A stretch of DNA of 64,000 nt from the IMG/VR virus record IMGVR_UViG_3300021255_004486. The stretch is one strand, 5' to 3'. The position numbers and the translations under genes are program-made. Shown in pieces: positions 10,011-21,600 of the stretch (position 1 is its first letter; every line of letters begins with the position of its first letter). Origin of the DNA: an uncultured virus (IMG/VR IMGVR_UViG_3300021255_004486). Its lineage: Duplodnaviria > Heunggongvirae > Uroviricota > Caudoviricetes. The notes beneath the pieces are model-generated. The model was not told where the DNA came from and made no database searches. It saw only the letters and a program-made list of their open reading frames with translations.

Positions 10011-11381
10011 ATGGCCGGAATTGCAGAGCAAAACTATCATAGCACAATGGGTGTATTCAAGAAAGTATTAGAAGTTCTTGAAAAGTGGTTCAAGGACTTT
10101 GCTGAGTATCTGGAGAAGAATGCAGAATGGGCACCATATAAGAAACTGGCAAAGCAGATGTCAAAGAGTGGTGGCCAGGTATACAACATACAGTTCCCAT
10201 CAGAATATGATAAACACTATAGCTGCGAAGAGTTCAAGAGAGAGCTCGCAAAACACGGAATCCCATTCTTTGCCACAAGCGAAGAGAATAGGATAATCAT
10301 TGGGGCTGACCAGTTCGATAAGATCAAAGAGTTAAACCGAACACTCTTGGTTGCAAAATGTAACTATTTCCAGGAAGTCGATACCGTGGAGATGGAAGAT
10401 GCCATTGCAAAGATCGAAGGCATCAAAGATAAGGAAATGCTGACATTCCACGGCCTTTCAGACTATGAGTGCGAAGTTTTTAAGAATAAGTGTAACGCCA
10501 TAACCAAAGGATTTATGGTCGGCATAGTTCCAAATCCCGACAATCCCGAGAGATACGACGTTACTGTACACGCAGCAGATGTCTTAAAAAGTAAGCCTGG
10601 AGCATATTCGATAGACGTATGCCGTGCTTATGTTGAGTCTATGTTCAGCCTTTATGGTCTTAATTCCCTTACCAAAGTAAATCAGATAGATGCTGATAGA
10701 GAGATAAACAGAGAAATCAAGGCTTTGATGGATACAGGCGAGGTTTTCTATGTGGTAGACGCAAAAAACCCCGGGGTATTCATGGAAATAAATGCAAACG
10801 GCCTTGAGTTCTACACTACAGTCATGGACGACGATGGAAAACGCCACGATAACCAGGTTGCCCATATAGCCAAAAATGATCCCAACTATGAGTACGAGAT
10901 GAGGAAATACCTTGATTCTATGAAGAACAAGGCAATTCTTTCAAGTTCCGAGGAATTAAGCAAGCACTTAATGACTAAGACCGTCAATATAGACTACCTC
11001 CGCCCCGATAAGACACCCGAAGAAGAGAAGATATCTATGGCGGAAGACAAGATTACCCTGGGCATAGACACAATGATCAAAGAAAAGTTCGCTGAACGCA
11101 ACTTTGATTCCTGTATAGATAAATTTAATGCATACCAGAGTGAAGTAAAAGAAATAATGAACGCTCTTATTGAAGATAGAGAGCCCGAAGGATATCCGGG
11201 CGGACACGATATTTTCAGCGAGATAAGAGACACCATTAAGACATCCGGTATGAATATCGGAGTATATGCAAACGCATTAAAGAGAAGCGAGAGCATTCAG
11301 ATAGAAAGCCATAAGGCGAAAGAGAAATCAAAGACAATCGTACAGGAAAGGAGAGATGATTATGGCATCTCCAATAGATAA
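10011..11381 (+). CDS. Hypothetical protein, first gene of the transfer operon
   Basis: 456 aa, AGGAGG RBS, overlaps the virD4 start. Confidence 0.65.
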   Translation: MAGIAEQNYHSTMGVFKKVLEVLEKWFKDFAEYLEKNAEWAPYKKLAKQMSKSGGQVYNIQFPSEYDKHYSCEEFKRELAKHGIPFFATSEENRIIIGADQFDKIKELNRTLLVAKCNYFQEVDTVEMEDAIAKIEGIKDKEMLTFHGLSDYECEVFKNKCNAITKGFMVGIVPNPDNPERYDVTVHAADVLKSKPGAYSIDVCRAYVESMFSLYGLNSLTKVNQIDADREINREIKALMDTGEVFYVVDAKNPGVFMEINANGLEFYTTVMDDDGKRHDNQVAHIAKNDPNYEYEMRKYLDSMKNKAILSSSEELSKHLMTKTVNIDYLRPDKTPEEEKISMAEDKITLGIDTMIKEKFAERNFDSCIDKFNAYQSEVKEIMNALIEDREPEGYPGGHDIFSEIRDTIKTSGMNIGVYANALKRSESIQIESHKAKEKSKTIVQERRDDYGISNR

Positions 11382-13824
11382 GGAACGGAATAAGCGGAAA
11401 CTTAATAAGACATATTTGATAATCGGCATTGTCTTATATGTGATAATCGCGCTTGCATTTCTTCACTTTTCCGTTATTAAACAGGATAATCCGCGCCTAA
11501 CATTCTCAGAAGCGTCGAATCTTGCCTTACTTCATATCATTATCGCTCCGTTTGAGATATTTAAGGCAAAAGGAAACACATATCTGTTGCTCTTTTTATT
11601 CTCAATCCTTGCATTGACCGCTATCGTAATGCTCGCATCGGAGAGAGCGTTAAAGAAGCATGATAATCCCGAAACGGTAAACGGTGAAGCACATCTTATG
11701 AATGAAGATGAGCTTAAAGCGTACAATCTCAAGTTTTCCGCTCCGCTCGGGAAGGCTGAAAACGACGGCCCGAACAACATGATAATCTCTAAGGACTTAA
11801 GACTGGCCATCGATAACAGAGGAACACGAAGAAACTGCAACATCTTGGTATTCGGTGGCTCCGGTGCCGGTAAATCGAGATTCTTTGCAGCACCCAACAT
11901 CTTACAGTATAACTGTAATTTCGTTATCACAGACCCCTCGGGAGAGCTGCTTCGTGATTATGGTAAAGCGCTTGAAGACCACGGATACGCGGTTAAGGTG
12001 TTCAATCTTACGGATGTATCAAGAAGTAACAGATACAATCCTTTCCATTATATAAGAGAAGAGAAGGACGTATTCATCCTCGTAAACACTCTTATAAAGA
12101 ACACTAACCCATCAGACGGTCATGGTGGTGATCCATTTTGGGAGAATTCTGAGAAGCTGCTACTTACGGCACTTATGCTTTATCTTTGGCATAAATGTCC
12201 CGAAAAAGACCAGACGTTTACGAACGTTCTTACATTGTTATCTTATGCCGAAGTGGATGAGAACGATGCAAACGCACAGTCAGACCTTGATTTACTGTTT
12301 GAAGACTTCAAGAAAGAAGATCCCGAGAACCTGGCTGTTAAGCAGTACGACAAATTCAAGCTCGGTGCAGGAAAGACGCTTAAGTCAATCCTTATCTCCG
12401 TTGGTGTACGTTTACAGGCATTTGACCTTGCAAACATCAAGTATCTGACAAATTCCGATGACTTTTACTTCGAGTCTTTCTCAGATACAAAGCAGGCGCT
12501 CTTTGTAATCCTGCCCACCGGTGATACCACATTTAACTTCCTTGCATCGCTGTTATATTCACAGCTATTTACTTCCCTTTATGAATATGCAGAGACAAGA
12601 GCCGAATTTGGTTGGAAAGTAAGCCTTGATCCCATCACAAACATCAAGGTTGAGCAGGCGCATAACAAAGCAGATTCAGAAAACGCCAAGAAACGCGCCC
12701 AAAAACTCGTTCACGAGATAAAGACCGAAGGTGTTAAGTCTGTTTTTGATAAGGAACGGAAGATATTTAACGTCTATACAAAGCAATCCAACACGCTTAT
12801 CGGTTGGCGAGGTACAAAGGCACTGACCGCAGAATTTGTTAAGTCATTGTCGAATTTGAAGGTTGAACCTTGCGGGCCCCGTTGTCCGATCCATGTAAGA
12901 CTGATACTGGACGAGTTCGCAAATATCGGTCAGATACCCGACTTTGATACCAAGCTCGCAACTATGCGTAAATACGAGATATCCTGTTCAATCATCTTGC
13001 AGGCCTTGTCACAGCTTAAGGATATCTATAAAGATAAGTGGAATACGCTCGTCGGTAACTGCGATACCAAACTGTTCCTTGGTTCCGATGATGGGGAAAC
13101 AATCGAATGGATGCTTAAGATGCTCGGTAAGAAGACCACGACCGTTGAAAATACATCCTGGCAGGCAAATGGCAATGGCTCAACTTCTTACAATAAATCA
13201 TCACTCGACCTACTTACCGTGGATCAGATAACGATGATGCAGGACGATGAGTGCGTAGTACGTATCAGAGGCGTAAGACCATATTACGGCAAGAAGTTCG
13301 AGCTGACAGAACATCCAAACTATAGCTATGCACAGCAAACCAATGGTGCTTTCGTCATTCCGTTATGTAAGGACGCAAAAGAGCTTAACGAGAGCGCAAC
13401 TCCATATAGGCTACGCCACAAGACTGACGCGGCGGAGAATATGGCGCAGAACGCAGAGGGTGGAGAGAGTACCGCTAAAGAAGCGCCCGCGGATAATGTT
13501 CCCGATAAGCAAGGCGATAGCCCCGCACCCGCAGAAAATACAAAAATTCCTGTACAGAAAAAGCAAGAGGAATCACCATTCCCCAACAGAAAGTCCGAAA
13601 ATGCTGCCCGCAAAGAGAAATCAAAAGAGGCAGAAAAGGCACTTAAGGACTTCGATGACGCATTTACTGCGGAGGCAGAAGCAATGCAGGCGCAGGCATT
13701 CCTTGAGCAGGTACACGTTTCTCCCAATGCTACTCCTGCACAGATTAAAGAATCTGTGGAGAGTTATATAGAACTTATGCAAGTGCCCGACGGCGATATT
13801 GTATATGGTTCGACCAATAAATAA
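11356..13824 (+). CDS. virD4: VirD4/TraG-family type IV coupling protein
   Basis: N-terminal TM helices, Walker A GGSGAGKS, TDPSGEL, DPFW, LILDEFANIG, ILQALSQL, GNCDT. Confidence 0.93.
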   Translation: MIMASPIDKERNKRKLNKTYLIIGIVLYVIIALAFLHFSVIKQDNPRLTFSEASNLALLHIIIAPFEIFKAKGNTYLLLFLFSILALTAIVMLASERALKKHDNPETVNGEAHLMNEDELKAYNLKFSAPLGKAENDGPNNMIISKDLRLAIDNRGTRRNCNILVFGGSGAGKSRFFAAPNILQYNCNFVITDPSGELLRDYGKALEDHGYAVKVFNLTDVSRSNRYNPFHYIREEKDVFILVNTLIKNTNPSDGHGGDPFWENSEKLLLTALMLYLWHKCPEKDQTFTNVLTLLSYAEVDENDANAQSDLDLLFEDFKKEDPENLAVKQYDKFKLGAGKTLKSILISVGVRLQAFDLANIKYLTNSDDFYFESFSDTKQALFVILPTGDTTFNFLASLLYSQLFTSLYEYAETRAEFGWKVSLDPITNIKVEQAHNKADSENAKKRAQKLVHEIKTEGVKSVFDKERKIFNVYTKQSNTLIGWRGTKALTAEFVKSLSNLKVEPCGPRCPIHVRLILDEFANIGQIPDFDTKLATMRKYEISCSIILQALSQLKDIYKDKWNTLVGNCDTKLFLGSDDGETIEWMLKMLGKKTTTVENTSWQANGNGSTSYNKSSLDLLTVDQITMMQDDECVVRIRGVRPYYGKKFELTEHPNYSYAQQTNGAFVIPLCKDAKELNESATPYRLRHKTDAAENMAQNAEGGESTAKEAPADNVPDKQGDSPAPAENTKIPVQKKQEESPFPNRKSENAARKEKSKEAEKALKDFDDAFTAEAEAMQAQAFLEQVHVSPNATPAQIKESVESYIELMQVPDGDIVYGSTNK

Positions 13825-13912
13825 TTTTGAATGCTTGATATTCCATACTTATTTTAGGAGTGCAATCAAGCACTGATTCAAAATGAAATGTTTCAAGAAA
13901 GGACAGACGAAA

Positions 13913-14269
13913 ATGAAAGCAAAAGCAATACGCAGTAAGGTGAATGGTTTTCTTGAAGAAAAGGCTATTCCCGCAGGTTCAATGTTGATCTCAACCGGAA
14001 TCATGATGACACAGACACTCGTGCGTGCGGACGCAGCTTCCGAGCTTATGACCACAATAATCGATATTCTGTGCAAGCTGATCATAGTTCTCGGTGCGGT
14101 TCTGGCTCTGATGGGTGTTATCCATTACGCATCAGCCAATTCAGAGGGTGATGGCCCTGCAAAGCATAAAGCCATAATGCAGCTCGCAGCCGGACTTATG
14201 CTCGTTGTACTCGCAGCGGTTCTCAACACTCAGAAAGACGCGTTCGTATCTATCATCTCATCAGACTGA
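13913..14269 (+). CDS. VirB2/pilin-like membrane protein
   Basis: Leader plus two hydrophobic helices separated by SEGDGPAKHKA; position between virD4 and the VirB6-like gene. Confidence 0.6.
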   Translation: MKAKAIRSKVNGFLEEKAIPAGSMLISTGIMMTQTLVRADAASELMTTIIDILCKLIIVLGAVLALMGVIHYASANSEGDGPAKHKAIMQLAAGLMLVVLAAVLNTQKDAFVSIISSD

Positions 14270-14326
14270 TCGGACAACTACACGGGGGCGTGTATATCGC
14301 ACGCCCCTTTATTTTAGGAGTACGAA

Positions 14327-15259
14327 ATGGAAATAGCGAGAGAAAGAAGAAAGATAAATCTGTTTTGTGCAATAGCAATCATTATCGGGTTCTTTGTAAT
14401 GTTTATTCTGCCTGTAGCATACGCAGAGAAGAATCCCGCTGTACACGCTATGGCTGATAAGGTTGCTAATGCCGGCATTGGCATCATAAATGAAGCAATA
14501 TCCAACGGTGGTGAGTTTAGTGGACTGTTAAACGCCTGTACAAGTGATCTTGAAGGATGGCTACTTACCGCTTACAACTCACTTAAGATTATTGGCGCTA
14601 TGCTTGCCGTTGCCATTGCAATCAGCCATATCTTTCAGAATATAGATAGAAACCAAGATCCCGTCGAAGCGGTCTTTAAGTCTATTATCGAACTTATCAT
14701 CAGCCTTTTGTTCATAGTAAACCTCGGAGATATCCTTGCAGCCATTGTTAAAGGCGGTTTGGCGATAATCGATTACTTTAAGTTTACACCAACAGATACA
14801 ACCTCAAACGCAGGCGATGAACTGTTGATGGCACTGACAAACGATACTTCGGGTGGTTTCAGTTGGGCTATCAAGGCAACCGCATGGCTACTCATACCGT
14901 GGGTTATGTCTATCTTCATAGATATCGCCGCAAGATTTGTAATCATTCAGATTATGTTTGAGATCATAATCCGTCGTATGTTTGCTCCGCTTGCAGTAGT
15001 GGACATATATCACGAAGGTTTCAGAAGCCCCGGAGCAAGATACTTAAAGAAACTGCTCGCGACATTTATCAAACTGGCAATATGCGCTCTTGTAGCAAGA
15101 TTTGCCGCTGAACAGGCACTTCCCGGACTCGCAGCATCATTCTCGGGCGGAGCAGGAGACGTATTCGACGCTATTTTTGCTATGGTAGCACTTAACTTCG
15201 CCTGCATCGGTCTGATGCTTAAGGGCGGAGAGTATGCGAATGATATAGTAGGAGCTTAA
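14327..15259 (+). CDS. VirB6-like polytopic T4SS membrane protein
   Basis: 5-6 TM segments, EIIIRRMFAPLAV..ARYLKK pattern, operon context. Confidence 0.7.
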   Translation: MEIARERRKINLFCAIAIIIGFFVMFILPVAYAEKNPAVHAMADKVANAGIGIINEAISNGGEFSGLLNACTSDLEGWLLTAYNSLKIIGAMLAVAIAISHIFQNIDRNQDPVEAVFKSIIELIISLLFIVNLGDILAAIVKGGLAIIDYFKFTPTDTTSNAGDELLMALTNDTSGGFSWAIKATAWLLIPWVMSIFIDIAARFVIIQIMFEIIIRRMFAPLAVVDIYHEGFRSPGARYLKKLLATFIKLAICALVARFAAEQALPGLAASFSGGAGDVFDAIFAMVALNFACIGLMLKGGEYANDIVGA

Positions 15260-15260
15260 T

Positions 15261-15707
15261 ATGATCGATGTAGAAATGTCGGATGATATCCGCAAATATG
15301 AAACAAAGACATTGGGGATGTTCACGACTCGTCAGCTTATCTGTGCTTTTGTCGGTCTTGGATATTCACTCCCCATAGGATTACTTATACCAACATCGGC
15401 AAGCAATAAGATTCTAATTATCGGCATCTTGATGATTCCCGCAATCTTGTGTGGCTTTGTAAAGATGGATGGAACGCATTTTGAGGTTTTTGCAATGAGA
15501 TTCCTCTATCTATATGTGCTTACACCGGCACGCAGAAAAATGATCAGAAAGAATTCGTATAAAGAATCTCTTGATAAGCAAAGAGCTCGGGAAGAGAAAA
15601 TAAAACTCTCGAAGATGCCCGAAAGTAAACGTAAATCATATCAACGCGCAAAGGAACACAAGATGGTTAAGTACACCAATAAGCGCGAATACAAAGTATA
15701 CAAGTAG
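15261..15707 (+). CDS. prgI: PrgI-family (VirB3-like) protein
   Basis: DIRKYETK..FTTRQLIC, two TM helices, GFVKMDG; directly upstream of virB4. Confidence 0.85.
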   Translation: MIDVEMSDDIRKYETKTLGMFTTRQLICAFVGLGYSLPIGLLIPTSASNKILIIGILMIPAILCGFVKMDGTHFEVFAMRFLYLYVLTPARRKMIRKNSYKESLDKQRAREEKIKLSKMPESKRKSYQRAKEHKMVKYTNKREYKVYK

Positions 15708-15717
15708 GAGACTCGTT

Positions 15718-18351
15718 ATGGCAACAAAACAAACACAAGCCAAAAGACCAACCAGTCCTCAACCCGCAAGAAAACCCAATACAGCAAAGCCGGCCACACC
15801 GAAGCCCGGGCAGAAGCCTGCAAAGGCAACCGGACAGAAGCCCATCAAGAATGCGTCAAAGCCCGCAGGAAGCACACATACTGCAAAGGCAAAGTCTGTC
15901 GGAACCGCTGTACAGGGAAAACAGAGTCTTACGAGTAAAGGGCTTTCCCTGGTTAAGCGTATCGCGAAGATAGATAATCTTCCGAAGAATGTCCGTGACT
16001 CCATTCCTTTTAAGGGAATTATGCAGAACGGCATTATCGAGACTTATCCCGGTACATTTACCAAGACATATAAACTCGATGACGTGAACTTTGATATCGC
16101 TCCCGATGAAGAGCAGATGTCCATATTCAGAGCATTTATGGACTTGCTTAACTCTTTCAATGAGAAAGTTAAGTGGGAGTTTACTATATTCAATCATGAG
16201 ATCGATAAACGTAAGACTATCGAGGATATCCGTATCATTCCTCAGAGAGACGGCTTAAATAAGTATCGCCAGGAAATGAACGGAATCCTGCTTGACAACT
16301 TAAAAACCGGGAACAACTCCATTCAGCAGGAGAAACTTCTTACCGTTGCAATAGAAGATAGTAGCGCAGAGCACGCAGCCATCGCTCTTAAGCGTATGGA
16401 TAGCGAGATATCAAAGAAGATCCGCAGGATCAGCAAGGACGATACAAAGCCCCTTACATCGCAGGAGCGCCTTGAACTTCTTTATAAGATATACAACCAG
16501 GATTCTGATTACAGATTCGCGACAGGTATATTTGACAAGAAGGAAGCCGAGACATTTGACCTCGCATTTATCGAGCGTCACGGTCTCAGCGTAAAAGACG
16601 TAGTCGGCCCGTCCTCGTTTGACTTCTCAAACGGCTCAACATTTATGGTAGGCGACACATACGCACATGGAATGTATCTTGAGAGAGTACCTTCATTCTT
16701 AAGTACATCATTCCTGTCAGATTTGTCTGATTTACAGTGCAACATGCTCATAAGTGTTACATCTGAGGCAGTAAACCAGGAAGAGGCGATCAAACTGGTC
16801 AAGAATAAGCTCGCATCTATCGAGGCAAGAGCAACAAGCGTTTCAAAGCGTAACCTCGATGATGGTGTTATCGCACAGTTGCCACCGGATCTTGAGCGTT
16901 CACAGAATAACGCAAGAACCCTGCTTAACGACCTTACCGCAAGAGACCAAAACCTCTTCTTTATATCATTCTCGGTCATTGTATTTGCAAGAACAAAAGA
17001 CCAGTTGGAAGAGAATATAAGGCTTGTCAAGGAAATCGGCGGAAAACACCTTTGTCCGATCAAACCGCTTAAGTTTCAGCAGGAGTTCATCTTTAACACG
17101 GCACTTCCTCTTTGTAGGAACGACATTTTCACAGAACTTCTGTACACGACAGAAAATGCAGCGGTATTCATTCCGTATAATTCGCAGGAGATCATACAGA
17201 AGAACGCCATATTCTATGGTCTTAATCAGACAACAAAGAGTATGGTCTTATATGACAGAACAACCGGCTCCAACTACAATGGTCTGATATTCGGATATTC
17301 GGGCTCGGGTAAATCATTTACCGCAAAGTTGGAGATGCTTGCGGTGCTCCTTAGTAAGACAGATGCCCAGGTATTCGTAGTAGACCCGCAGGGTGAGTAT
17401 TACCCGCTCGCACACGCGCTTAAGGGACAGGAAATCATACTTGCACCGGGCTCAAAGGTATATATCAATCCTCTTGATATGGATATATCACAGGATAATG
17501 ACTCTGAAAGTGATCCTATCACTATGAAGTCAGACTTTATTATGAGTATGCTTTCCATAATCATAGGAAAGAACAGAAGCCTTGATCCTGTACATACATC
17601 ACTTATCGATAAGTGTGTACGAAAGATATACAGACCGTATATCGAGGAGCTTAACAGAACCGGTATGACTTGCGACTTATCAAAGTGCCCGACACTGTCA
17701 GACCTTTACCAGGAGCTTATGCTCCTTAAGTCTGAAAGATATGAAGCCGGTCAGCTTGCAGATATGCTGTTCCAGTATGCGGTTGGTTCATTTGACACAT
17801 TTGCGCATAGAACAAATGTCGAGACAAACGCCAAATTCGTTGTATACAATACGAAGAACCTCGGAACCGGTATGCGTGAGCTTGGTCTTCACATCTGCAT
17901 AAACGATATCTGGAATCGTATGATCGCAAACTCGAAGAAGAACATCTACACATGGTTCTACATCGACGAGTTCCATATCTTGCTTGAATCTGATGGTACA
18001 ACGAGTTTCTTGAGACGTATATGGAAGATGGCTCGTAAGTGGCTTGGTGTTCCTACCGGCATCATGCAGAACACAGAGGACTTGCTCCGCAACTCCGAAA
18101 CACGCGCGATCATCAATAATACATCAATGGTCATCATGCTTAAAGAGCCACTGATGGATAGACAAAACCTTGCAGAACTGTTCCATTTAAGCCCTGCACA
18201 GCTTGAATACATAACGGATTCCGATCCGGGGCATGGACTGTTTTATAACGGTAAAGTCACAATCCCGTTCGGATTTGACTTCCCGAGAGACACAGAACTG
18301 TACAAACTCATCACAACATCCCACGATGTTGAGAACTCGCAATTCGTATAA
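15718..18351 (+). CDS. virB4: VirB4-family conjugation ATPase
   Basis: Walker A GYSGSGKS, VDPQGEY, INPLD, YIDEFH, KMARKW, PGHGL. Confidence 0.93.
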   Translation: MATKQTQAKRPTSPQPARKPNTAKPATPKPGQKPAKATGQKPIKNASKPAGSTHTAKAKSVGTAVQGKQSLTSKGLSLVKRIAKIDNLPKNVRDSIPFKGIMQNGIIETYPGTFTKTYKLDDVNFDIAPDEEQMSIFRAFMDLLNSFNEKVKWEFTIFNHEIDKRKTIEDIRIIPQRDGLNKYRQEMNGILLDNLKTGNNSIQQEKLLTVAIEDSSAEHAAIALKRMDSEISKKIRRISKDDTKPLTSQERLELLYKIYNQDSDYRFATGIFDKKEAETFDLAFIERHGLSVKDVVGPSSFDFSNGSTFMVGDTYAHGMYLERVPSFLSTSFLSDLSDLQCNMLISVTSEAVNQEEAIKLVKNKLASIEARATSVSKRNLDDGVIAQLPPDLERSQNNARTLLNDLTARDQNLFFISFSVIVFARTKDQLEENIRLVKEIGGKHLCPIKPLKFQQEFIFNTALPLCRNDIFTELLYTTENAAVFIPYNSQEIIQKNAIFYGLNQTTKSMVLYDRTTGSNYNGLIFGYSGSGKSFTAKLEMLAVLLSKTDAQVFVVDPQGEYYPLAHALKGQEIILAPGSKVYINPLDMDISQDNDSESDPITMKSDFIMSMLSIIIGKNRSLDPVHTSLIDKCVRKIYRPYIEELNRTGMTCDLSKCPTLSDLYQELMLLKSERYEAGQLADMLFQYAVGSFDTFAHRTNVETNAKFVVYNTKNLGTGMRELGLHICINDIWNRMIANSKKNIYTWFYIDEFHILLESDGTTSFLRRIWKMARKWLGVPTGIMQNTEDLLRNSETRAIINNTSMVIMLKEPLMDRQNLAELFHLSPAQLEYITDSDPGHGLFYNGKVTIPFGFDFPRDTELYKLITTSHDVENSQFV

Positions 18352-18357
18352 GGAGGG

Positions 18358-18615
18358 ATGTATATGTTCTCAAGCGGAATGACAATCCAGTTGGTCATAG
18401 ATATCGTACTTGTTGTTCTTCTTCTTATTACATACTTAATATATAAGGCAATTAAGAAGAACCACATGCGCGATCCCGAATATCTGAAACGCGAGAGCGA
18501 GAAGATAGCTGAAAGACAGCGAGAAGAGCGCAGGCTTGCAAAGGAAGATGAATATTTCCAGTCTTACGCAAGCGAGTACGAAGAGGGATATGACGACGAA
18601 GGCTATGATGAATAG
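18358..18615 (+). CDS. Small single-pass membrane protein
   Basis: N-terminal TM helix, charged then acidic tail; AGGAGG RBS. Confidence 0.65.
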   Translation: MYMFSSGMTIQLVIDIVLVVLLLITYLIYKAIKKNHMRDPEYLKRESEKIAERQREERRLAKEDEYFQSYASEYEEGYDDEGYDE

Positions 18616-18620
18616 CAATG

Positions 18621-18650
18621 AGCCGAGCCTTATAAAGGGCTCGGCTTTTT
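18621..18650 (+). terminator. Rho-independent terminator
   Basis: AGCCGAGCCT/GGGCTCGGCT stem followed by a T-run. Confidence 0.75.
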
Positions 18651-18663
18651 AAGGAGATTAACT

Positions 18664-21600
18664 ATGCCTATGTTTGACGAACCCGGTGTTGGTGGCCCTA
18701 CTCCCGATGCCTCACAAACTGCACAGACAGCATTAGATGCGGCAAAGAAAACCGCTATGATCGTTGATGCGGCGGTAGAAAAGGCCACAACCGCAGTAGA
18801 TGATAAATATCAGTTTGGATACAATGCCCCGTCGATGCAATTCGGGGACAGACACCATAATAATACAACCGAAAACCAGACATCCTCTGGTAAAAATCCC
18901 ATTAACGGAAACAGAGGACAGAATAAAGCCATGTTTAACGACGGCAAAGCCGAAGGCTTTAGCTCTGTTGTTGACAGAAGTAGTGGCTCTTATTCAGTTG
19001 GAGAGGGGAATGATGGCAATATCTCCGTAAATGGCCACTATAATTCCCGCAAAAAACTTGATCTAAACCCCGTTGCCGAAAGAACGTATGACGCAGCAAA
19101 ACAGCAATATGAGGAAACCGATTCAAGCCAGGGTAAGCAGGAGCTTAACAGACGTGGAAAGACCTTTGGTGTTGGATCTATGGGAAGGAAGATGGATAAG
19201 GTATCCATTCAGCATTCCATGTATGATCGCGCCAATAAGGTCAGTGCTGAACAGGCAGAACAGATGCGTTCGCTGTTTGGAGCAGGATACATTACCGGTA
19301 CTACTGCCGGAGAGCGTAGGCTCACAAATGTAGTGGCTGATTATCAATCAAATCTTTCGGGCGTATACAGTTATCTTGAAAAACAGCGCATCAACGCAAA
19401 GAATTTAAGCGAAAGAGAGATAAAAAAGGCCCTTGAGCAGGGTGAATTGAAAGGCTTTTGGCATCACGGAGACACAATCTCACTTACCAAAAGCCCCTCT
19501 AACCCCGAAGCTGATAATATCCGCTTTGCCTTGGAAGAGCTTAAGAATCTGCGACAGACCGGCAGGATGGTGGAAGATTACAAAAACCATGCCGGCGGCA
19601 TCAAGAATACAGTCAAATCCTGGATGTACGAAACATCTGACGGTACAGATGTGGCATCCGGTTATAAAGTCGTAAAGACTGGACAAGGACTTGCAAAAGT
19701 CGGTGTCAGAATTGGCAAGGCAGGGCTTGCGACAGGTATAAATGCGGGTATAGGCGTTGTCGGAAAAGCAAAACAAGTCAATGCTATAAAGAACACCCTT
19801 AAAGCTAAATATATGGTAAAACACGCTTCTGATGCGGCGGCTAAATCAAAGTATATGGTTCATCTTGCCGAAGCAAAGGAGCAGTCCGTAATAATCCGTC
19901 AGAAGACCAGGGAATATAAGCATAGTGTCCGTTCTTTTACCAATAAGACCTTAAAACAGCACGTAAATGAGCTTGCCCCGGTTAAATCTGTGCGCTCAAC
20001 GATAAGACAAAAGGTCATAAACCCTATAACAAGGCCTTTTAAGGCGGTGTCTGACAGATTACGCAATACTGTTATTGCAAAGGCTCACACAAAGTTCAAA
20101 CTGTTCACCGGCAATCTCAAAAAGTGGATTCTTATAGGCGGAGCAGGATTCTTCCTTGCTATCATCGTTTTGGATGTCATACTCCTTTGTGGCTCTGCAA
20201 AGACGGAAACCGCTGATTATGACTATGAAAAAGGTGAGACCGTACAGGATTCCGTCGCTCAAAAGCTCATAAATCACCTTTATTCATATCAGTATGCCTA
20301 CAGTATAAACGGAACAACTTGTGATCCGTCCAATATCGACGCAGAGGGGAATCTCCTTATAGAAAAGAGGCTTCCTATGTCGTGGTTTGAACAGATTAAA
20401 GCTGTAGACTATGATATCGATAACCAGGAAGAGAAGGGTGTAGCGGTCTTTTGGGATGGTTCGATAGCAGGATATAACTTTAAGAAGTATTGGGGACAAA
20501 GGGCTGATAAGAGCGGAATGCCTCCCGGACTCGACTCTTTTGAAAACGACAACTATTATAAAGCCGAAGTTGCAGTGTGGGATGGTACTTATGATGAAGA
20601 GCTGCAATACGTGTACAACTATGAGACCGGAACATCAGACTGGGAGGTTGTAGAGGTTGAACACATGGAGACAGTTCCTATATATCTTTACGGATATGCA
20701 GGAATGAAAGACGATGCAAACGATAAGTTCGATGAGAACTACTACATCGGCAACTATATCACAAAGCTCAATTTTTACGATGATATGTTTAAGTACAACA
20801 TATCTCACGATAGTGTAGCGTATGAAAACTGGCTCGAAAGGGAAAATCCCGATGTCACCATACGATATCACTATTTTGGTTCGAAATACTGCTTCGATTA
20901 TACAGGAAATAAGGAATCGAAATTCAGAGACCTTGAGGGAACTTGGCATTATTATAATGTGGATGAGCTATACAAGAGCATCCTTACAGTCACAATGGCG
21001 CTTACGAATAACTCCGGCGCATCTGAGATGGAAACTTTGTATAACAACGCTGAAATCGTGTTTGATAACTACGATTTTGTGAAATTATACGCCAAAAACC
21101 TATTTGATCTCGTAATGGATAACGCCACGGTAACGCTTGAAACAAAATATGAAGAGAATCCCGAGGATGTGCTTACCTGGACATTCTACGACGAAGCACT
21201 TGATGCATATACTCCACTTGAGGCGGTCGGATACAGATGTCACGTTACGCTTGATATAGACATTACAGACTGTGGAATAATGGATATGATGGTGCTTGAC
21301 TCCATAGATATCCCCGAACACGGACTTTACGGTGTACACGGAGAAGAGGGTAACGCCTGGGTACATGAGAACGGCTCTACAGGTATATACAGCATACAAG
21401 ATCCGTCAGATGTTGATTATAAGCAGTGGCTCACCACACCCCGATTTGAAGGCGAAAAGCCTATGCTTCCACTGTGGGGACAAAGCGGGGACGAAGACAT
21501 TGGCGATATAACAAAGAATAACTTTATGGGATTCCAACATTTGCCTTATACAAACTATACCGATGCGATGGCAAGTGCCATTGAGCAGGACAGTTTCACA

